Source of the DNA: Octopus vulgaris
Taxonomy: Eukaryota
Assembly (NCBI GenBank): GCA_951406725.2
Contig: OX597819.1
Location: 76,508,001-76,572,000 of the forward strand
DNA: 64,000 bases
Direction: 5' to 3'
Of the stretch, positions 37,457 to 52,941 are shown in pieces. Position 1 is the stretch's first letter; each line of letters starts with the position of its first letter. Both the position numbers and the translations under genes were made by a program. The notes beneath the pieces are model-generated. The model was given only the letters and a program-made list of their open reading frames with translations. It did no database searches and was not told where the DNA came from.

Positions 37457-39379
37457 TGATATGCATATAAATGTTTATGCTAATGAGTTTGTCAGTGTAT
37501 ATGCATGTATTTATGTATAGATGGATGCATGTGTGTCCGTATCTGAGCTAGTGTTTGTATGTACGTATGCATACGTGCAGCTATGCGGTCGCAATATGGA
37601 AATAAGACAAAGAGGTTAATATCCCAATCATGAGTTCTCACTTAGAACGAACATGCTAGCGAAGAAAAGATGAAAGATGCCAGCCCAAACTGGCACGTGG
37701 AAACTTGGGTAAGTGTCTTTTACTATTACTTTGTATCAGTCTATGCTTTGTGAGTGAAACTGGGAAGGCACACACGATTGCAAAAGCTGGTGTTATAGAT
37801 TGTGATATATATTTCAAAACTAGTGCATAGTCACACCTCGTGTCACCCTGATTCTACCTGAGAATTACGTTAAAAGTGTATGTATATGCCGAATATTCCG
37901 CTACTTACACGACAATTCAGGAGCAGGTAATTCAATCCAACGTAAAGCTGAATCATTATCGTCAAAACAGACGGAAACCCATTTGCTTATTTATGCGTGT
38001 ATATATAGATTGTATAAATGCATGTATATATACAGTCATGTTTATGCGCATTCATACATAGATGTATATAAACCAACATTTAATATTCTGCCACTCGATC
38101 AATTTAGCGTATTAGATAAGAGAAAATGAAAGCGAAATCAAGAAAAAAGGATAGAAACTAAATGTGAAAGATTGAGCTTATGTGAAAGAAAATATCTATA
38201 TTTCTTTATGTGACATTATATATAAAATCCTCAATTAAACTTCCAAGCTCAACAACTGAGTGTGGAAAGCATAGAAAGCCTCTTATAGCTGACTTTCAAT
38301 GCACTAATATTATTGATTGGCATGCGGTAGGATCAAAAATATGTTATTATCATATTGATATCTATTATAATGCAAAACACAATGATCTATTTGCCAAGCG
38401 ACCTTTCATTTGCCTTTCGAAAAGATTGCAAGCTGCATTATTATATATCATCTATACAGTAGCATATTCTTTAATAGGTTTAATAATTCAGAGTGCTGAA
38501 GGCAGTTGATATTTCCGAGTGACCAGATAGGTTACACTCAATGAACTGAGTGATTGTCTATGTAGTTGTTTGACCTACTGGTAATAGGTAGACAAATTTA
38601 CTCCAAATCGTACCATATTTTTGTGAAACAGAAGTCTGCATTGCATAAGTTACTCCCATGCACATAACAACTAAAAATTAAAAATATAGAATAGTAAAAG
38701 GTGAAAGGCATTTCATTTCAAACCTACTTCATGAAAGTTGGCTTGAGGTTCGGCAACAATGTCAACAAATGAACTTGTAGAGTATAGCTTCATATTACTC
38801 AATTTCCCGGCTTATAGGTGATGAAATTTCCGTGTTGCTAGGGAATCGGATCGAATGCCAAGTGTATTCGTTCCAATTTTTACACTATAAATTGAAATCC
38901 TGCCATATTCATCATTGCCATTTCATTCTTTCTGGAGAAATTAACTTCTGGTCAGACCAAAAATGGGATAGGCTCCGTCATGTTTTAAAATGTTCGAGAA
39001 TCTCTGTGTCTTGACGGGTCCTCCTATGGTTCTATCAGAACGTGGGGACTCAAGGAAAGAAGTTCCAATTTGATATGCCCTCAGGATCAATATAATGTGA
39101 ACCAATAATGTACAGTGTTGCTAACTTCATCAGCTATAGCCCTTCAATTAATGGTAGTCATTTGTTTCTTCGGATAAATTCCCTTAAGAATCTAACATTG
39201 TAAATTTTCCATAATTATATATATATTTTTCCCACTGTAGATGTTTACGTTATCACAAAACAAGCGGATGCTGCAATTATTACGTAATATATTTGAATCA
39301 TATATCCTTAAGTTAAACATACGAGGAAAAGAAAACGTGTATTTCAAAAATTCTATAATCTTTAACATTATTTATAATA

Positions 39380-39572
39380 TCGGTTTCAAATTTTGGCACA
39401 ACACTAGCAATTTCGGGGGAGGGGTAAGTCGATTACATCGGCCCCAGTGCTCTACTGGTACTTATTTTGTCGACCCTAAAAGGGATAAAAGTCAAAGTCG
39501 ACCTGTGCGGAATTTGAAATCAGAACGCAATTACGGACGAATGCCGCTAAGCACATTGCCAGCTCCCCACTT
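39380..39572 (-). mobile_element. SINE family B
   Basis: taagtcgattacatcggccccagtg...ctggtacttattttgtcgaccc...caaagtcgacc...ggaatttgaa. Confidence 0.75.
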
Positions 39573-41664
39573 TATTACCATTTATAATATCACTCTCCAG
39601 TTGCATGATCGGAGTTGAAGTTATATTGAAACTAATAAGCAAACATTGAAACAAGGATTAAAATTAACAGGGCTGGTTTTGCACAATATAAGATTAGGGC
39701 ATCGGCTTACTGCTAGAAAGGTTGAGAATGTGCTACAGTCATGCAAATCGACGCCTGAATGCATTCTTGCTACTCACTACATAAAACGCAAGAAGAATGA
39801 AATACAAAGTACATGAACCCAAACGTAAATAATAAACCATTCTGCTCATTTTGTTTAATCCAATGTCGTATTGCTGTTACAATATTGGTATGTAACAATG
39901 GCACGAAACCGCGATTTTTGGGAGATAGGTATAGTTAAGTTTACTTATCCCAGTAGTCGACTGGTAGTTATCTTTCCGATCCCATAAGGGTGGGAATCCC
40001 CCCCCCCCCACTGATTTACATGCAGAACGTAAATTGTCTTGACTGAATACTGATAGTTATCTCATCCGATTCATTTTCGTTTCCCTCAGTTCACCGCTCT
40101 ATTAACGAGTCATAGTAAAAAAAAAAATCAAATTACTTCAGGTAAGTTTCAACAGGCATCGATTCAGCTTATTATTTAATAGCCACATGGTAGTTACTGA
40201 TTTGATACGATAGCCATTTTGCGAAGATGTATCAAATTATTTCTAATGAAATAGAATTAGTTTTGAGAGTATCACTTTCGAGTTTGAGTTATTTTGATTA
40301 AATTAGCATCGAGTTCACGGATATTCTTTTAACATCATGAAACATAATACGGTTAATATACTATAGCTTCCAACAATCTGAAATGCTTTTATTTTATCAT
40401 ATTAACATTTTATCTGGTACGTAAACATCGACTTCCCGCTCACATGCTGACCTGCTGTTGGTACATATAACAACTAATATTCATGATGAGGAATTAATAT
40501 TCAAGACATCTATATTCCATGGAGCTGCCTTTTTATGCTCTTCTTTGGTCAACTATTTGTCTGTCCAACATACTTGTTTCAGAATTTTAGTTAGCTCTTG
40601 CTTCATAGGTGCGGAATAATATAAAGTCCCAAATTACACTGTAAGCGAAACAATTGGCAATATGTAACATATTGTCCTGTTTATAAAATATGATATACAG
40701 GAAGGCAAAGGGTCCACAAAGAAAGTAAATATATTGGGTCTTTTTTTAAATATGCACTAAACCTCAACACATAGCGATTCCAGAAAGATTGAAGGCTAAT
40801 TTGATCTCAGAACGTATTGAAATAAAACTAAATACTGCAGATCATTTTGTCCGCTGTATCACGGATCTCCCAGTAGATAAACCTTCGGAGAAAGTTTGTG
40901 TTTTATAATTGTTATTATTATATTTATTTCAGATAACAATGGGTTAAATGAGAATTGTATAGCAAACGATAATTCTGTAACGAAGGAAGTAAAACTGCGA
41001 GGCGGGCTTGATTCTAGTTGAAACAGATTCTTTCTGACTGCACGGTTTATATATAATGTAATCGATAAAAGCATGAATGTCACCTTTGCACATTTATCCT
41101 ATATACATTGTTATTTTTTTATAATAATAATAAACAGTCTTATCTATACATTTAGGAAAACTCCTGCAATTTCATATTTGAAATTACACATTCTTGTGCA
41201 GAATGAAAATAGATTAATTGAATATAGAAAAAAATTATCGTACTTAATTCGAATTTTTCTATTTCTCTCTTTTTGGAGAATATTTACTAAAGTCGATAAC
41301 GATATTTGCTGCATATGGATTTCTGGTAAGGTGGAGCAGATGAAAGTAAAATATCTCACCGATTTTGAGCTTATAATGTTTCTCATAATTTCTTGTAGTT
41401 TTACAATCTAAAACAATGCCTCCTAAACTTTGGGTCGCATTAAGATTATGAGAGGTCAGAAAACAAATAGATGATAACAAAAAAGATGAAATGACCAAGA
41501 GAATAAATTTGATTGAAACTCGTGATTAGGTACTGAGGTCCGAAAATTATGGGAAAAGGGAAGAAGACCTTAACACAGCAATACGAAAATGGTGGCTGAT
41601 TTTGTTAATTGTTTGATATTTTCATAGAAAGTAATGTAAAGAAAAAAATCTGTTGATTTTGAAA

Positions 41665-42469
41665 TCTATATATATAAAACTCAACTTGTGTGTCTGTGTG
41701 TTTAACTTCCCGGCACATCTCCTCCTAGCCAACAAATCGTAGACCCACCAAAAATGGGTCACTTAAAGTTTAGGCGAATGAAAATTGAACTGCGCTATTT
41801 CTGTTCCGAAATTCATCTCGCAAGTGCAAAAATCGATAATGTGTTTGTTTAGGCCTTATCCCATGCATTGAATAGTGAACTTTACTCAGTCAGCTGTTTG
41901 ACGTGAACTGTGTTCACCACGCGTACAAGCATGCGTAAATTGCATGAAAAATAAAAAAATCAAGATATAAAAACGAATCGCCGTAAACATTGTAGAAATT
42001 CGGCAAAGAAATGAATTTTCGGGATGTAGCCTGGAGGGTTTTTTCCGTATTAATCTTTTGGACTTTGTGAACACATACCAATTGTTTTCATAACATTTTT
42101 AACGTTTGAATTAAATGTGACCATTTTGCGTTGAGTCTGCAGTTTGAATTACTTTAACCAAATTTTAGCAGGCCGGATTTTTGATCATCACGATACATCG
42201 CCAGCGACTCCCTGAAACTCTCCCCTGAAATCCCCGTTGAGAAATACTGATCTAAAAGAATAATTCAACAATGCAATTATTTGATCAACAAAAATTTATG
42301 AAACGCTTCTACGTACTTCCTATTGAGGAAATGGAACACATAAGCGCAAAAATAGAGGGCATTAAATGCTTGATTTTAAAGCCAAAATAATTGAATTTTG
42401 ATTGAACTTCATCCAAGTTTAGCTTAATTCGCGCGTGCATAGAACGCACGAGCCGGGCAATACTGCTGG
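41665..42469 (+). mobile_element. Non-autonomous Helitron, second family (about 805 bp)
   Basis: A|TCTATATATATAAAA start, hairpin cgtgcatagaacgcacg, 3' end gccgggcaatactgCTGG|T (CTRR), nearly identical to the 3' end of the 385-bp family. Confidence 0.7.
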
Positions 42470-43842
42470 TATTCAATAAAATATATAACACTAAACTACG
42501 GGCAAAACTGCTAATACAGCACTGAAAACAAAAGCTGGAGAATATGTTTCAAACAAAAGTGCAATATTTCTTTTTTATTTAAATGTTTTCCAAATGCATC
42601 ATGAAAGTAAAAGGTTAAGAAACTCTATAGAGCATCGATCCCTCTTAGAATATGGGGCCAGTCTCTCGTCGTTATGATAAAGAGAACTAGTCATTGGAGT
42701 TGATTGATCAAGTGGTATGTAGAGAATATCCCCCCACAAAGGTACAAAGGTACAAAAGAACCTTATCTAAAATTACACTAATCACGGCTCCAAATCCTTC
42801 TGCAACTATAAATAAATGAAGAACATCCTCTTCAGAAGTGAATACATGATACAATACCAGAAAATTATTTCCCTCTTCTCTCTTTGCCAACATAGAATTG
42901 TGATGAAATAATCTTTTAACAGCTGTCATTATTTCTCTAATAATCAGCGTGTTTTGATAGAAAGGGATATCAATTCCATATATGATGTTTTTGTTTCTTC
43001 AATCGTAGCCTCATAAACATAAACAGCTATGAGAAAGGAAAAAAGAAAGACGTTTTTAAATCAGGATGCGGCAATTTCCTCTCACAATTACACATGCCAA
43101 AATGGACAGAGATCGGATTTCCTATTACCAGTCGAAACAAATGTTTCAATAAATCACAGCATGTCATGTTTATTGGGACACGATAGCGAAAATAGCAAGG
43201 AGACTACGGAAAATAAAATATAATAATGTTATTGTTTTTTTGTTTTGTTTTTCGAGTACGAAGAGATGGAGGTGTAGTAAATAGTATTAGATTGATTGCA
43301 GATATTCAATTGAGATTTAGAGCTTTGCATTCGAATCTGAAATGGACTCAGCTAAATAGTTTCGTTCATTAAAACAGTTGCTTATGTCTTGACTAACGGG
43401 ACCCACTGAGTTATTTCTGAAAACTTTATCCAAAATACCTGAAAGTGTAGCATGTTTTGTGTTAGCATTGAAAAATAGTTGCTCATCTGATAGCCATTGA
43501 AAGCTGTAAGAAATTGGAATACGATGATTACTTAATGCACATTATATATGTACACTTTATATATTTTATGCACAATTTTATAGACTTAATACACAACACT
43601 CATAAAATAAATATTCCCTCTTATTTTTCCATGTTTCCTACGAAGGAAAAAATATCCCGTACATATGATACAACCTTTAGTTAAATTGCATATATCTGCC
43701 ATGTAAATAAGCATGAATATTTCACGGGATTGCACTTATGCGCATGCGTTAAGTGATAGATGATGTAAAAAAAAAAACTTACTTCAGTTAAGAAAAAATA
43801 CACTTTTCGCTATTCAATCACCGCTGCCACCACTTGCATCTC

Positions 43843-43926
43843 CATCACCACCACCACCACCACCACCACCACCACCACCACCACCACCACCACCACCACC
43901 ACCACCACCACCACCACCGCCACCAC

Positions 43927-43963
<37 letters not shown>

Positions 43964-44008
43964 TCTCTCTCCCCTCTCTCCCATCTTTCTCTCCCTCCTT
44001 CTTCTTCT

Positions 44009-44046
<38 letters not shown>

Positions 44047-44340
44047 TCTCTGTCTCTGCCTTTCTTTAACCTCGCTATCACAACATCACCCCTCTGCGAA
44101 AATTATTACGTTTCCCCTACCTCACTTCATAGATGCTTCTCTTTCTCTCTCTCTCTCTTTCTCTCTCCGTCTTTTTCTGTCTCCCTCCTTTTCTTCCACC
44201 TCTTTCTGTCTGAGTCTTCACCTTATCCTCTTTTTCTCTCTCCTTTTCTTTCTTCTCTCTTTCCCTTCACCTAACCACATTACAATTACATTCTCTCTCC
44301 CTCTTTTTCTCTTTCCCTCTTCTCTCTTCCTGTTTTTTCT
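43843..44340. repeat. (CAC)n(CAT)n followed by polypyrimidine/(CT)n tract
   Basis: Visible; explains the poly-His ORF. Confidence 0.9.
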
Positions 44341-45561
44341 CTAATCACTTGAAAGCGTTACCGACGAGCTAAGTAACGCGATGACAAGCAGAATTATTAA
44401 AAGATGGAATTATGTTTCGCTACTAAAAATATAAATTACCGGGTGGTAGCACTAAGCAGCGATGATAAAAGACAATGAATGGATTCTTATCAGTTTGAAT
44501 ATGCCCCAAGCATATTTGAACTGGTAATAATCTTGTATTTAAAAATATAAATCTTACATATAGCTGTGAGATAGTTCTCGAGATATTTGAAGTGTCTGCT
44601 TTCTCTTAGAATTATCAGTAATATACATCACTTGATACAATTGTCAGTAAAGAACCTCATGCGTATGGAAAGGAACTCAAATTACCATTTCTTTATGTGA
44701 GCGGTATAATTATCAGTATTTACTTTTAACGAAGCAAAGGTCAGTTTTTTTTTTAGCGAAGCTTCTGTTGTTTTGGTTCAGCAACTTAGCATTATTCCTT
44801 ATAGTGAGTTTATGAGCGAATCTTTAATTACGTGGGACATATGCATTTTTTTATGTCTCTTTACGTTCTGAGTTCGAATTTCTCCCAAATCTACGTCCTA
44901 CTCTAGCATCTCTCCAAAATTGGCAAATTGGGATCAGCCGAAACATAGAAAGTAGGGAAAGAGTAGTATTTCTACTAACTCACCATCATGCAATAGTTAG
45001 TAAAAATAAAAACCATATGTTATTATATGACATTAGTAAACTCAACACGTTAATCTAATTAACCTTTTCTTTTTCGAGTGTGAAACTAATAACACCTTCG
45101 TGAAAACTCGTGTTTTTTGGTGATTTTGCTTACATCACTTACACACACACACACACACACATACACACATTCACAGATACACACACACACACACACACAC
45201 ACACGTATATATAAATTAGAGGAGAACCACCATGTAGAAATTCATCAAAGATATAATTAAATCATACCATATAGAAAAAATTAAATATACGATAAAACAT
45301 ATACCTATAATTAAGTAAAGTACAAAATAATATATTATATATTGTGAAATTCGATTTAATATTACTAAATTGAATTTTATATTGTATAGTTTATAATTGT
45401 ATATCCCTATACTACATATATATATATATATGTGTGTCTATAATGATATATAATGAATAGAACGGTCCGTTTTTGATTATCAATATATCCAATCAAAATA
45501 CATTATATATCGCTAACTAGACACTCTGTTAGAAACACTTGTTAGAGCTGCCGTGCAATGG

Positions 45562-45780
45562 TACTCGAATCCCGGACCGGGCTGCGTGCTGTGTTCTTGC
45601 AGCAAGCACTTTATTTCACGTTGCTCCAGTTCACTCAACTGTAGAAATGAGTTGCGATGTCACAGGTGCCAAGCTGTATCGGCCTTTGTCTTTCCCTTGG
45701 ATAACACTGGTGGCGTGGAGAGGGAGGCCGGTATGCATGGGCGACTGCTGGTCTCCCATAAACAACCTTGCCCGGACTTG
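45562..45780 (+). mobile_element. tRNA-derived SINE (group C), 5'-truncated
   Basis: tcgaatcccggaccgggctgcgtgctgtgttcttg...ctggtctcccataaacaaccttgcccggacttg. Confidence 0.8.
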
Positions 45781-45877
45781 TAGTGCGGTGTTATTTTTTA
45801 TTCAATGCTCGCTGTGGTATTAAAGATGGTGATTTGTGTTGGAGAATAGAATGGAAGCATTGTGGTGATATTTCTTT

Positions 45878-46062
45878 GTGTACAACCGTTGATAATTGTG
45901 TTGGTGGTTATGAAGAATCGAGTGACAATCGTACAATAGTGCCCCGTATAAACACAGTAATAGTTGTGAAGTTGTGAAAATTAATGTGCTTGTAGTGCGG
46001 TGTACAACCGTTGATAATTGTGTCGGTGGTTATGAAGAATCGAGTGGCAGTCGTACAATAGT
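45878..46062. repeat. Direct repeat of about 63 bp at 122 bp spacing
   Basis: gtgtacaaccgttgataattgtgtYggtggttatgaagaatcgagtgRcaRtcgtacaatagt at 45878 and 46000. Confidence 0.85.
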
Positions 46063-47549
46063 TGTAGTCATGGAGACAAAAGGAGGAGTTGGAGGTGGGA
46101 TATGTGTAACAAGATGTGGAAGGTGTAGAGAGGGTTGCGGTTAGAGGAATGGATTTATGCATTTGTAGCAGGGATGCATATACGGTAAATTCTTTAATTG
46201 CTTCTGGCATTTGGCAATTTTATAACCTGCTACCCTTCTGTTTTGTCACTCTAGCATGACAGAGAAGAAGATTTCTTCAGATACACGTCTAAAGCGACAT
46301 ATTAAGAAGTGACAACACGGTGTTTTTATATTCAAGCACAGCTGCATTAGTTGACAAAACCTTCTTAGACATACTGAAAAAAAGGGTGCAGATAGAAACA
46401 TACGCACATAAACACACGCTCTCTTACAAACACATGCGTACAGATACATACAACCATACACGTACTCACATATAAATTTACATACTCATTAGCAAGCAGA
46501 TTCCACTTCATGCACCATACAATGATTTACATATGTGTATACGCTTTTTTGCGCTCGACAAACACCCACGCAGACGATAAAACAGATATGCATAAACACA
46601 TACAAACGTTGATAAAAATACGTACACAACGTCACAAACATTACAGAACTAATTTCGTTTCACATACACGCACACAAAGACATTTAGTAGCGATGAATGT
46701 ATCCATACGCAACAAAATACGTGCGTGTACACTCAGCAAAATACAAACCTACGCACAGAAATTACGTGTAATTGTATACTTATACAAATGCAATTAGTTT
46801 CAGTATCTTGGATACGAAAAATGTTACAAATAACGACAAATATGTCAGAGATACTACAACAAAGATATGAAAATCTATTAACTTAGCCAGAAGTAGTGCA
46901 AAACTATTACCATAGTTACAGAATGCTTAGTTCTCCCTAAAGGGTAAGAAGGATAAATACTTACGGGTGAAAGGAAATTGCAAATGAAAATGATCATTGA
47001 AAACATACAAAAATAGACTGTTGTTTAGGGCACGAGATTCAATCGCCTGTGAAATCTATCGCTATGATGAGAAAAAATAAAAGGATTCCCAATTTTCTAA
47101 CGCAAACGAAAAGTTGTGTGGTTAAGATGTCTCGATTTCAAAACATACTATTACGTAACTGACCTCATCACGGCGTGTCATCTTGCTCGCAAGTGACATA
47201 TATCATAACTTTGGATTGACAACTGTCTAAAGATATGAGATATGCTCTGCGCAGACCCCGAGGTAATCCCACTGCTTCGGATCTTCGGATCTTTACTATA
47301 GTCCCCGGTAGACTTGTGGACGAAATTAGGTAGGCGGAAACAATTTAGAAGCTCGCATGTTGTATTGCAGCCATAATTCAAATTTTTAGCCTTGTCAAAC
47401 GTTGTTACGCTGATTGCCGACACAAGATATTTCAGAGTAGATTTTGCAGATGGCCGATCAACTGAACTCATTATCGACATTGATAAACGATTCACACACC
47501 TTACACGCGCGCGCTCACACACATATACGCATATACAGATGTATAGGTT

Positions 47550-47677
47550 CAGTGGAGTAGCTATAGTGTGAAATATCCGGGGCAGTCCGACCCCTATACA
47601 GGCTTATACAGCAAACTCAGAAGCGTCACTAGAGGTGGGACGCTCCCCTTGCTCCCGCCTCACTGCCTACGCTACTG
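47550..47677. mobile_element. Small MITE with CAGTGGCGTAG-type TIRs
   Basis: cagtggagtag ... ctacgctactg around a GC-rich core. Confidence 0.5.
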
Positions 47678-47953
47678 TATATGCATTATATGTACGTATG
47701 TGATTCACTGATGTGTGTCACCCAAAGGTGTATACACATCGATGGGGAAACCGATGACATCACACTGTTCTTGCATAATAATCTTGTACAGATACACTTT
47801 TGCAAAGCACACACAATGACGTCATATGCGAGCTTACCCAATCAGCAGGAAGTGGATCTAATTTGCCGCATAATGTCGCTCGACGCAAGCATTTCATGTT
47901 GTTGCATATGTTTCTGCATTAGATTCATTTTGTGTTTGTAGTTCAGACGTGCG

Positions 47954-47984
<31 letters not shown>

Positions 47985-48177
47985 GTTCATACACATGCAC
48001 ACTCATCGCTGCATGGCTGTATAGCTCTGTGACTAAGAATTTTGTTTCGTAATTACACGGTTGCGGCTTCATGTAGTCCCTCTGCGGGGCGACTTGCGCA
48101 GGCCACTTTTACTAATAAAATACCAATACCCTGTCAGTAAATTTACAGTTTAGTAGAAATTGAATGGAAGCCCGTGC

Positions 48178-48254
<77 letters not shown>

Positions 48255-48694
48255 TGTGTGTATCTGCGTGCGTGTGTGTGTGTGTCTGTGTGTATAGTTA
48301 ATTCAAAAGCGGAGAAAACAACAACAACAAAAAAACAACATGAGGACTTAGCACATGTAAAATATTAATAAGACGCTCGGAGAAAGACAAGAGCGGTTGT
48401 TTTACTTTTCGAGCATAGTTCTTCTTCGGCAACAGGAAACATAGTAAAGTCCAAAGGAAAAGGAAGAACGAAAAAAAAAATCGCCAACATGTTTGTGTGT
48501 GTGTATTAACGCTACCATTGCTTTCATGTAAAGAATGTAAATTGATATCTTAATGCCTCTTGATATCAAACTAGTGGTAGCGTTAATACACCAATACAGT
48601 AATTTTACCCACCAATGCGAGAGAGAGAGAGAGAGAAAGAAAGAGAAAGCGATAGAGAGAAACAGAGAGAGAGAGAAAGATAGGGAAGGAGATA

Positions 48695-48820
<126 letters not shown>

Positions 48821-49087
48821 TGCTACATACAAACGTACATTCATATATGCATTTGTGTACGTGTTTTGTATTCGTCTTTACACCGCGTGACAACCGATGA
48901 TGCTTTGTCCCTGTAATTTAGTAGCTCAGAATAAGAAACCAATTAAATGATTACCATACTTAGAAGGAATAAGTACAGGTGGCGATTTTTCGAGAAAAAC
49001 CTCTCACCACAATGCCCCAACATGGCAACAATGCAGTGACAATAAAAGATTATACATACATATACAATGATAATAAAAGATTATACA

Positions 49088-49447
49088 TATGGTTCCGGGT
49101 TCAGTCCCACTGCGTGGCACCTTGGGCAAGTCTCTTCTACTATAGCTTCGGGCCGACCAAAGCCTAAGTGGATTTGGTAGACGGAAACTGAAGGAAGCCC
49201 GTCGTATATATGTGTATATATATGTGTGTGTATATATGTTTGTGCGTCTGTGTTTGTCCCTCCAACATCACTTGACAACCGATGCTGGTGTGTTTACGTC
49301 ACCGTAACTTAGCGATTCGGCAAAAGAGACCGATAGAATAAGTACTAGACTTACAAAGAATAAGTCCTGGGGTCGATTTGCTCGACTAAAGGCGGTGCTC
49401 CAGCATGGCCACAGTCAAATGACTGAAACAAGTAAAAGAGTAAAAGT
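49088..49447 (+). mobile_element. SINE family A, young-looking copy lacking the A box
   Basis: atggttccgggttcagtcccactgcgtggcaccttgggcaag...gaaacaagtaaaagagtaaaag. Confidence 0.9.
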
Positions 49448-50155
49448 GTATATACATATTTGCATGCATGAGTATACTTTAATGTGTGTCCTTCATCGAT
49501 TCAAAGACACTCATTTGTTCTAACAATTAAATGACCTGATTTTTAAAATAGCGCGTTAAGTAGCTGAGTATTCCGCAAGCAGGTATAACATTGATACCAG
49601 TACTTTCACCATACAATGGCTTGACAGACTCTAGTATGGTCTTGGTCATTCTCGATATCGTAAAGGCAATAACCATATGGCATGCTCAATGAAGAACTAT
49701 GACTAGCATTGTGTCTGTTCACAAAAGTGATATGAAATTAAATAGAATAAAAAGGAAACCATTAACCGAATGGTGAAACATCTGCGAAATGTCGAACGAC
49801 ATTATACGACTAGTTAAGTCTGCAGCTTCTTTTTTGTTTTTGTTTTTGTTTTTGCTTTTGCTAGTTCAAATATGAATACGTCTGTTTGTTGTGTTTGTAC
49901 TGTATGGTGTCATTTCTGTTTGTCGCCATTAAGCTTATATTTCACTAATAATCGTCTATCGTCGCATATTTTCATTTATTCAATTTCTTTCTACATTCCA
50001 TACAATTAATTTTACACTTTTTGACGCCAAGCAGCTATTTTATCACCTGAAAAACATCTCGAACAATGAGATATTAGAAAATAGTGTCAAGATATTGCTC
50101 ACGATAAAGAATACTCATTTGTGCCTATTTAAGAGATAAGGTGGGAGAGAGAAAA

Positions 50156-50213
<58 letters not shown>

Positions 50214-50424
50214 ATAGTCAATTCATTGCGATGTAATCTGTTATACTTGTATGATATTCATATTAGTATGATATTCATGTTTGTTTTCCTATCTCAAATT
50301 ACTAATTGCAAGCGTACTAAGTGCATATATATTTATCCATATGATCCTTCCTTTTGGGGGACGTCGTAAGTCGGTTACATCGACCCCAGTACTCAACTGG
50401 TACTTATTTCATCGACTCCGAGAT

Positions 50425-50830
50425 TACCAGATGTAATTATTAAAGACAGGGAAGAAAATACTTGTAGACTAATAGATGTAAGTGTTTCTACTGATAAAAA
50501 GATATCTGTCAAGAATTTGACAAACACTTGGAAATTGAAATAAAAAATTTGTGCCATCTTAAAATGAGACTGTTCCTGTTATTGTAGGTGCCCTAGGTAT
50601 GATAAAAAAGAGATGTCAAATCAGAAATATCTAGATAAGATCCTAGCAGAACCATCTCTCAGAGAAATCCAAAAGATTGTGCTGACAAGTACTGCCCACA
50701 TCCTTAGAAAAACCCTATTACTTTCAGTGTTTGTGTTGTGTTAGATGAAGATATTTCGCTACCTCCCCTCCCCAAGCTCTTATCATTCACTCGCACCAGG
50801 TCGCTGAGTGTATCTGGGCAAGTGAATGTA
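50425..50830 (+). mobile_element. R4/Dong-like RLE fragment (diverged from 5575-5972)
   Basis: PDVIIKDREENTCRLIDVSVSTD...LEIEI...TVPVIVGALGMIKK...SLREIQKIVLTSTAHILRKTL with frameshifts. Confidence 0.8.
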
Positions 50831-50879
50831 ACAAACATGGAGACTAAATGTTTTAAAAAAATAATAATAATGATAATAA

Positions 50880-51245
50880 TAATCCTTTTTGCTACAGGCA
50901 CAAGGCCTTGTTGATTACATCGAACCCAGTGTTTCAGTGACATTTAATTTATCGACCCCGAAATGATGAAAGGCAAAGTCGACCTCGGCGGAATTTGAAA
51001 TCAGAACGTAGCGGCAGACGAAATACCTATTTCTTCACTACCCACAAGAGGACAAACAAGGACAGACAAACGGATTAAGTCAATTAAATCAGCCCCAGTG
51101 CGTAACTGGTACTTAATTTATCGACCCCTAAAGGATGAAAGGCAAAGTCGACCTCGGCGGAATTTGAACTCAGAACGTAACGGCAGACGAAATACGGCGA
51201 CGCATTTCGCCCGGCGTGCTAACGTTCTGCCAGCTCGCCACCTTA
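50880..51245 (-). mobile_element. SINE family B head-to-tail dimer
   Basis: ttatcgacccc...ggcaaagtcgacctcggcggaatttgaa.tcagaacgta.cggcagacgaaata occurs twice. Confidence 0.85.
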
Positions 51246-51332
51246 ATGCGACGAAATATTGTAATAGACACTAACTTGGCCATGCCACTGAATCTTTGAG
51301 ACACGCATTTCAACTAATTAATAGGAGGCTAT

Positions 51333-51460
51333 TAGCAGTTCAAATATGCTTCGGGCACGCTCGAGCCCGTATGAAAACCATTTACTGTGTTTTGTCATGG
51401 AGAAATTGAATGGCTTTCTGACGGGTACGAATGTTCCCTAAGCATATTCGACCTTGCTAT
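51333..51460. repeat. Imperfect hairpin (about 50 bp arms)
   Basis: aatatgcttcgggcacgctcgagcccgtatgaaaaccatt versus aatggctttctgacgggtacgaatgttccctaagcatatt. Confidence 0.65.
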
Positions 51461-51529
51461 AACCTTGTATTTACACACATCACTGTTTAGCACTATCACC
51501 CCTCAACTAATAAGAGTCGACTTATGAAT

Positions 51530-51696
51530 GATTTTCTTTTATTTCTTTTACTTATTTCAGTCATTTGACTGCAGCCATGATAGAGCACCGCCTTGAGTCG
51601 AACAAATCGACCCCAGGACTTATTCTTTGTAAGCCTAGTACTCATTTTATCTGTCACAAAGTTACGCGAACATCAGTTGTCAAACGATGGTGGGGG

Positions 51697-51780
<84 letters not shown>

Positions 51781-51971
51781 TGTATGTATGTATGTATGTA
51801 TATAAACGCCAGTTTTCTTTCAGTTTCCGCGTACCATATTCACTCACTAGGCTTCTGTCTACCCGAGACCATAGTAGAAAACACTTGTCCAAGATGCCAC
51901 GCTGTGGGACTGAACCCAGAATTATGCGGTTGTGGAGCAAGTTTCTTATCACACGGCCACTACTGCACCTA
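51530..51971 (-). mobile_element. SINE family A
   Basis: Head to tail homology with other copies; internal (TA)n(TATG)n. Confidence 0.85.
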
Positions 51972-52247
51972 TTGTTAAATTTGCTTTTGTTATTCTTTTC
52001 TTTTCAAAATCTTATTGGGATTTACTCAACCCTCGTAAGCTCTTATGCTTTACCTGGGATCTGTCCTAACTGGGCCCACATATGATCAAAAGCAACCGAA
52101 AAGTTGTATGTCATCATTTCCTTTTTATGAAAACATTATACAGAGTTTATGTCCACGTATTGTAAGACATAATATGAATGCTATGCTATAACTAGTTGTG
52201 GAGAGAACGAATAAATAGAAGCTTTAAACGGTGGCTGGCTCTTAAAT

Positions 52248-52941
<694 letters not shown>

